Source: Deltaproteobacteria bacterium | Lineage (GTDB): Bacteria > Myxococcota_A > Polyangia > JAAYKL01 | Assembly: GCA_028713995.1 (NCBI GenBank) | Contig: JAQTNF010000008.1 | Span: 450-64,449, forward strand | Direction of reading: 5' to 3' | DNA length: 64,000 bases | Shown: positions 58,717-64,000 of the stretch, piece after piece | Position numbering within the stretch: position 1 is the stretch's first letter | Layout of the letters: each line of letters opens with the position of its first letter | The notes under the pieces: generated by a model | Database searches by the model: none | Told to the model about the DNA's origin: nothing | What the model saw: only the letters and a program-made list of their open reading frames with translations | Position numbers and translations under genes: made by a program

Positions 58717-60636
58717 TCACTTTTGAGGGGGGAAGCAGGGGTGAGCGAAGGGATCCCGCCCCTCCGACCTGGCCTTCTTGGCCCCCTCGCGCAGCTTGTT
58801 CCTCAAATCGATACAGATACGGCCGCACAGCGAAGGATTCGTCCTGGTCTCGCCGTAGACGGCCATCTTCGCTCCGGTCATGGCGCGCATGCACGCGTCG
58901 TCCGCCGAGCAGCGGGTCTCGCACGTGTCCACCCGCTCGCCGATCGTCGTTTGGAAAAAAAAGTAGGCGACGGACCCGATGATGAGGGCCGAGCAGACGG
59001 CGATGATCGCCGCGTTGCGCTTCCGCGAGCCGGGAGTCTGCTTCGAGGGCTTCCAGGTCGGGCTCACCGTGGCCCTGCCCATGGCCGGCGTCCCGTCCTT
59101 CCTGTCGACGAGGTGGATCGCTCGCGCGGCCTCGATGTTGTTGGGGTTCACGTCGAGGACGGCCTGGAAATGGGACTTGGCCTCGGCCGGGCGGCCTGAC
59201 CGCTTGAGCAGCTGGCCCATGAAGAGATGGATGCTGGCGGATCGGGGGCTGTCGTCGAGAGCCGTGCGCAGCCGGTCGATGAGGTCGTCGACCTTGGCGT
59301 CGAGGGGGCGTTCCTGGGCCTCGATGTAGAGCTGCGTGGCCAGGTACTCGGCCTCCTTGGGCGCGAGCTCACGGGCCTTGTTCACGAGCTCCTTGGCCTC
59401 CCCGATCTGGCCGCGGCGCAGGAGCACGAGGGCCTTCTGGAACGTGTTCTCGGCTTCGAGGATGGTGCGCACCTCGGCCTCGTCCGCGGACTCGCCCTCA
59501 GGGCTGCCCTTCTTGCCCTCGCCCAGCGAGCGCTCGTACCCCTCGCGCGCGTCCGCGTCGACGAGCGTGGCGTTGGCCTCGGCCAGGTTGGAGAAGATGT
59601 AGTCGAGGATGTCGCGCAGATCCTGGCGCTCCGGGCCCACGGCGCGATCCGGGTGGAACTCCTTGGCCAGGTGGAAGTAGGCCTTGCGCACATCCTCGTA
59701 AGAGGCGGTCGTGGAGACCCCCAGCATCTCGAAGTAGTTCTGGGAGGCGATGGCCGCGGCCTTGTCCTGGACGGCCCTGCGGAACGCCAGGGCCTCGGCG
59801 CTCAAGCTCTCCTCGGCGGCCACGGGAACGGGTGCGAAGGTCTCCAGGATGACCGAGGCGCGGGCCCCGTCCTCCTCGTTGTCGGTGGCGGGGGGCTCCT
59901 CATCGACCTTGAGCTCCTTGGTGATGAGCAGGGTGTACAGCACGGATTCGGTCACGTGCCTGTCGTGGCGGTTCGACTTCATGTACATGTCGTAGGACGC
60001 TGGGCCGCTCATGAGATCGCCGCACACCTCGCGCTCGGCCTTGGTCAACCCGAAGCGCTTCAGGGGTTCGATGGCCTGGACCGAGATCCAGCGACCCGAG
60101 AGCCCGGCGAGCACGGCCCCGACGTTGAGCCGCTCGCCATGCACGCGCATGGCCGCGAGCAGGAGCGGGTACGGGTCGAGCCTGAAGACCTCGTCGGCGC
60201 CGCGGCCCACGAGCAGGTTCACCTTGTCGTAGAACGCGTATTTGCCCTCGGGCATGGTGAACACGTCGAGGATCTTGTGAAGGAGCTGTTCGCGCAGGCC
60301 GCGGACCATGGCGCGCGCGTCGATGGCGCCCTGGCGCAGGAGGATCTCCTCCTCGAGCCCGCCCCCGGCCCCGATTTCCTTGCGGCACGTCCGGAGCTGG
60401 GCCTCGTTGATCAGCTTGAGGTCGATCAGCACCTGGCCGAGGCTCTTCTCCTCGAACGACGACACCATCTTGGCCGGCGCGCCGTCCCGGAAGTAAATGG
60501 TCGCCGAGTGCTGCGCGTCGTTCACCTCGAGCGTACCGCTCATCTGCTTGACGTGAAGATAGACCAGGATGTGCGCGAACGGCGTCTGCGCGAAGCCGCC
60601 CTGCGCGACCGGAGCGAGTCCCTGTTCTGCGGTCAT
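58717..60636 (-). CDS. Paralogous J-domain/TPR protein with added C-terminal TM helix and Cys-rich domain
   Basis: Same architecture with FHPDR; IIAVCSALIIGSVAYFFF TM helix followed by six Cys; start re-picked at 60636. Confidence 0.8.
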   Translation of the reverse strand: MTAEQGLAPVAQGGFAQTPFAHILVYLHVKQMSGTLEVNDAQHSATIYFRDGAPAKMVSSFEEKSLGQVLIDLKLINEAQLRTCRKEIGAGGGLEEEILLRQGAIDARAMVRGLREQLLHKILDVFTMPEGKYAFYDKVNLLVGRGADEVFRLDPYPLLLAAMRVHGERLNVGAVLAGLSGRWISVQAIEPLKRFGLTKAEREVCGDLMSGPASYDMYMKSNRHDRHVTESVLYTLLITKELKVDEEPPATDNEEDGARASVILETFAPVPVAAEESLSAEALAFRRAVQDKAAAIASQNYFEMLGVSTTASYEDVRKAYFHLAKEFHPDRAVGPERQDLRDILDYIFSNLAEANATLVDADAREGYERSLGEGKKGSPEGESADEAEVRTILEAENTFQKALVLLRRGQIGEAKELVNKARELAPKEAEYLATQLYIEAQERPLDAKVDDLIDRLRTALDDSPRSASIHLFMGQLLKRSGRPAEAKSHFQAVLDVNPNNIEAARAIHLVDRKDGTPAMGRATVSPTWKPSKQTPGSRKRNAAIIAVCSALIIGSVAYFFFQTTIGERVDTCETRCSADDACMRAMTGAKMAVYGETRTNPSLCGRICIDLRNKLREGAKKARSEGRDPFAHPCFPPQK

Positions 60637-60719
60637 GGCGAAACCCTCCCTGTATTTTTCAATCATTCCACAACCGTCGTGGGGAATCAAACCCATGCCG
60701 GGTGCGGTCGGCTCCCATC

Positions 60720-60747
60720 GGTCGTGCGCCTGTGGTCGTGCGCCTGT
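60720..60747. repeat. Perfect 14-bp tandem duplication GGTCGTGCGCCTGT x2
   Basis: Read directly in the divergent intergenic region. Confidence 0.85.
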
Positions 60748-60827
60748 CGCCTTGACCGGATCTCCGGCTTCATGAAATATTGTCGGCGCTTTCCGTGTTG
60801 AAGACCGAAACGGAACGAAGGTGGTGC

Positions 60828-61991
60828 ATGAAAACGACGTCACTCGTGAAAACACTCGCCCTCCTCGGCGCCTTCGCGCTCGTGGCCGGGGTCGCGCTCG
60901 CCCAGGCGCCGGCCAAGGCACCCCGGGGCGGGCCCGATCCGGCCGCAGCCCCTCCGGGCATGCTCCCGATGGCGCAACCAGAGGCGCAGAAGGTGCTCAC
61001 GCCCGAGGAGAAGGCCAAGGAGGACGCGCGCAGGGCGCTGCCGCTCGCGCGGGTGGGCGGCCAGACCGTCACGGTCGGCGACTTCGAGTCGGCCCTCGAG
61101 CACCAGAGCCCGCTTTTGCGCAAGGACCTCGGGGACAGGGCAAAACGCGCCGAGTTCCTCGACAAGCTCGTCAACATGGATCTCCTCGCCGACGAGGCCA
61201 AGCGCCGCGGTTTCGACAAGGACGACGAGGTGATCGAGGTGCGCAAGAACCAGCTGGCCTCGCTCATGCACCAGCGCATCAGCGAGGGCATCAAGGACGA
61301 GGAGCCGCCCGAGGACGCGGTGCGCAAGTATTACGACGACCACATCGACAGCTACGTGAAGCCCGAGAAGATGCGCGCCAGGCACATCCTCATCACCGAT
61401 AAGGACAAGGCCGAAAAGCTCCTCGCCGACGTTCTCAAGAAGAAGCCCAGCCAGCACGAGTTCCGCAGGCTGGCCCAGGAGAACAGCGAGGACGAGGCCA
61501 CGCGACTGCGCGGCGGCGATCTCATGTTCTTCCCGCGGACGGCGGAGCGCAAGCAGGACGATCCCGAGGTGGATCCGGCCGTGGCCGAGGCCGCGTTCAA
61601 GCTCAAGGAGAACGGCGAGGTCTCGCCGGAGCTCATCAAGGGCGCCAAGGGCTACCATGTGGTCATGCGCACGGGACACCGCGATCGCATGGACATCCCC
61701 TACGAGGAGGCCAAGCCCAGGATGGCCGTGCTCGTGCAGCGTGACCTGCGCAAGGACAAGGTCGAGAAGGCGGTCGAGGAGATCAAGGGCCGCATCAAGG
61801 TCACAGTGTCCGAGGAGAACCTGAAGGACGTGGTGATCGACCTGTCGAGCGGCCCGCCCGAGCCCGACGCCCCCGGCGGCCTGACCGCCAGGGAACGGGC
61901 CGAGCGCCAGAAGCTCCTCATGTCCGGTCGTGAGGATCCGAGCAAGGTCCCGGGGCTCGTGATGCCCGCCAAGAAGCCCGAGGGCGAGTGA
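60828..61991 (+). CDS. PpiC-type (parvulin) peptidyl-prolyl isomerase, exported
   Basis: Signal peptide, RARHILI, F.RLAQENSED..T..RGGDL.FF, GYHVV. Confidence 0.85.
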   Translation: MKTTSLVKTLALLGAFALVAGVALAQAPAKAPRGGPDPAAAPPGMLPMAQPEAQKVLTPEEKAKEDARRALPLARVGGQTVTVGDFESALEHQSPLLRKDLGDRAKRAEFLDKLVNMDLLADEAKRRGFDKDDEVIEVRKNQLASLMHQRISEGIKDEEPPEDAVRKYYDDHIDSYVKPEKMRARHILITDKDKAEKLLADVLKKKPSQHEFRRLAQENSEDEATRLRGGDLMFFPRTAERKQDDPEVDPAVAEAAFKLKENGEVSPELIKGAKGYHVVMRTGHRDRMDIPYEEAKPRMAVLVQRDLRKDKVEKAVEEIKGRIKVTVSEENLKDVVIDLSSGPPEPDAPGGLTARERAERQKLLMSGREDPSKVPGLVMPAKKPEGE

Positions 61992-62004
61992 CGTCGGGCC
62001 GGCC

Positions 62005-62865
62005 ATGACGAACGCGACCATCGCCGTGATCGGGGGATCCGGGCTGTACGATCTCGCGGGCCTCGAGGACGTCGAGGAGAAGAACGTGTCCACGCCCTTT
62101 GGCCCGCCGTCGGACGCGGTGGTGAGCGGGCGGCTGGGGAGGACGCGCATGCTCTTCCTCGCCCGGCACGGCCGGGGCCACAGGCTCACGCCGTCCGAGG
62201 TGAACTACCGGGCCAACATCTTCGCGCTCAAATCGCTCGGCGCCGAGCGCGTCATCGCGGTCTCGGCCGTGGGCAGCATGCGCGAGGACGTGCACCCGGG
62301 CGACATCGTCGTGGTCGACCAGTTCATCGACCGCACCAGGGGCCGCCCATCCACCTTCTTCGGCAACGGCATCGTGGGGCACGTCTCGCTCGCGGATCCG
62401 GTGTGCGCGGATCTGGCGGGCCGCGTCTTCGATGCCGCGGTCTCGCTCGGGCTCACGGCGCACCGCGGCGGCACCTACATGTGCATGGAGGGGCCGGCCT
62501 TTTCCACGCGGGCCGAGTCCCGCATGCACCGCGCCATGGGCGTCACCGTGATCGGCATGACCAACATGCCAGAGGCCAAGCTCGCCCGGGAGGCCGAGCT
62601 GTGCTACGCGACCGTCGCGCTCGCCACGGACTACGACTGCTGGCACGAGACCGAGGAGGACGTGACGGTCGAGGCGGTCATCAGGATCGTCCGGCAGAAC
62701 GCGGCCAACGCGCGGGCCGTGATCCGCAAGGTGGTCGAGGGCCTTTCGGACGAGCGGCCGTGCGCCTGCGCGCGGGCCCTCGACAGCGCGATCATCACCG
62801 ACAGGCGCGCGATTCCCGCCGACGTGAAGGAGCGCATGAAGCCTGTCTTCGGGAGGGTGTTGTGA
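62005..62865 (+). CDS. mtnP: S-methyl-5'-thioadenosine phosphorylase
   Basis: IGGSGLY, TPFGPPS, LARHG, NYRANI, MEGPAFSTRAES, IGMTNMPEAKLARE, TDYDCW. Confidence 0.92.
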   Translation: MTNATIAVIGGSGLYDLAGLEDVEEKNVSTPFGPPSDAVVSGRLGRTRMLFLARHGRGHRLTPSEVNYRANIFALKSLGAERVIAVSAVGSMREDVHPGDIVVVDQFIDRTRGRPSTFFGNGIVGHVSLADPVCADLAGRVFDAAVSLGLTAHRGGTYMCMEGPAFSTRAESRMHRAMGVTVIGMTNMPEAKLAREAELCYATVALATDYDCWHETEEDVTVEAVIRIVRQNAANARAVIRKVVEGLSDERPCACARALDSAIITDRRAIPADVKERMKPVFGRVL

Positions 62866-63776
62866 CATCCAAGCTGCTCGTGGTGGGCTCGGTCGCGTTT
62901 GACACGATACAGACGCGGGCCGGGAAGGTGGAAGAGGCGCTCGGGGGCTCGGCGACTTACGTGTCCCTGGCCGCGAGCCGCTTCGCCGGCGTGAACCTGG
63001 TGGGGGTTGTGGGCGAGGGCGATTTCCCGCAGGAGCACGTGACGCTGCTTAAGTCGCGCGGCGTGGACGTGGCCGGCCTCGAGCGCGCCAAGGGCCGCAC
63101 GTTCCGCTGGTCGGGCGTGTACGCGGACGATTTCTCGTCGCGCACCACGCTCGACACCCAGCTCGGCGTGTTCGAGTCGTTCGATCCCAAGATCCCGGCA
63201 CCGTATCTCGACAGCCGCTACGTGCTGCTCGGCAACATCCACCCGGCCCTGCAGCTCAAGGTGCTCGACGCCCTGCCGCGCGCCGAGTTCGTCGCAGCGG
63301 ACACAATGAACCTGTGGATCAACGTGACGCGCCCCGAGCTCGAGCGTGTCGTCTCGCGCGTGCACCTGCTCGTGGTCAACGACGAGGAATCGTTCCTGCT
63401 CACGGGCGAGCGCCAGGTGCGGCTGGCCGCGGACAGGATCCTGGCCATGGGGCCGAGCGCGGTCATCATCAAGCGCGGCGAGCACGGGGCCCTGCTCTTC
63501 ACGCGGGATTCCGTCTTCTACACGCCCGGCCTGCCCCTGCCCGAGGTCGTGGACCCCACGGGAGCGGGCGACACCTTCGCGGGCGGGCTCCTGGGATATC
63601 TCGCCGGCGAAAGCGCGCACGACGTGGCCTCCATCAGGCGCGGCATGCTGTACGGCACCGCGCTCGCCTCGTACGCGGTGCAGGGCTTCGGCGTCACGCC
63701 GCTCACGAACCTCACCCGCGCCCAGATCGACTCCCGCTACGACGAGGTTCGCAAGCTCACGTCCGTCGAGGGGTGA
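62862..63776 (+). CDS. PfkB-family carbohydrate/nucleoside kinase
   Basis: GSVAFD, LGGSATY, NDEE, IKRGEHG, DPTGAGDTFAGG; GTG start overlapping the mtnP stop. Confidence 0.88.
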   Translation: MTSKLLVVGSVAFDTIQTRAGKVEEALGGSATYVSLAASRFAGVNLVGVVGEGDFPQEHVTLLKSRGVDVAGLERAKGRTFRWSGVYADDFSSRTTLDTQLGVFESFDPKIPAPYLDSRYVLLGNIHPALQLKVLDALPRAEFVAADTMNLWINVTRPELERVVSRVHLLVVNDEESFLLTGERQVRLAADRILAMGPSAVIIKRGEHGALLFTRDSVFYTPGLPLPEVVDPTGAGDTFAGGLLGYLAGESAHDVASIRRGMLYGTALASYAVQGFGVTPLTNLTRAQIDSRYDEVRKLTSVEG

Positions 63777-63887
63777 ACCGTCGCGTCGTTCCTCGCGTCC
63801 ATACCCCGGTCCCTCTCCGGGTGCTCCGGTACTGCATGCGCGCTGTTTCACAGTTGGAAGGTGGTGGCGATCCCAGCGATCTGTTGG

Positions 63888-64000
63888 CTACCCTTCCAGC
63901 CGGTCGATGACCGTTCGTAACTCAACCACCTCGAGGGGGCAGTCGGCCCAATCGTGTTCCCAGCATACGATCATGTCGCAGTCTTTGGGGTCGTGGCCAT
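63888..64000 (-). CDS. C-terminal fragment of a putative PD-(D/E)XK-type endonuclease domain (gene runs off the window)
   Basis: Manual translation GHDPKDCDMIVCWEHDWADCPLEVVELRTVIDRLEG*; matches from memory a conserved HDP..CDLIVCWEH.W..CP.EVIEL motif. Confidence 0.55.
   Translation of the reverse strand, partial: GHDPKDCDMIVCWEHDWADCPLEVVELRTVIDRLEG

Overview
High-GC bacterial chromosomal segment, most consistent with an anaerobic Myxococcota/deltaproteobacterial genome (DigR-like regulator, J-domain/TPR proteins, Asp-rich lipoproteins, 2-oxoacid:ferredoxin oxidoreductase, multiheme cytochrome). It holds about 60 CDS and one tRNA-Pro(CGG), with no integrase, transposase, rRNA or CRISPR array. 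Housekeeping genes: ettA, gloB-like, purN, plsB, rapZ, dksA, rimI, korAB, mtnP, a PpiC-type isomerase. Accessory content: (i) a DUF47-pit phosphate uptake pair converging on a tightly coupled six-gene operon (GH18-deacetylase-GT2 fusion, membrane alkaline-phosphatase-superfamily enzyme, beta-rich lipoprotein, alpha/beta hydrolase, phoB, phoR); (ii) three type II toxin-antitoxin modules, each with a candidate operator, including a 59-aa hicA absent from the ORF track and probably leaderless; (iii) an arsR-acr3-arsP-arsE-like-ccdA/arsG-like-lipoprotein operon directly downstream of a CbcBA-like heptaheme c + diheme b pair; (iv) two Ddl-like ATP-grasp ligases plus a GNAT with no KamA; (v) tandem paralogous J-domain/TPR proteins; (vi) a class II glutamine amidotransferase homolog with altered catalytic residues, divergent from rapZ; (vii) the C-terminus of a putative PD-(D/E)XK nuclease at the right edge. 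All family assignments come from motif recognition by eye, and many start codons were re-picked from RBS position or motif alignment.
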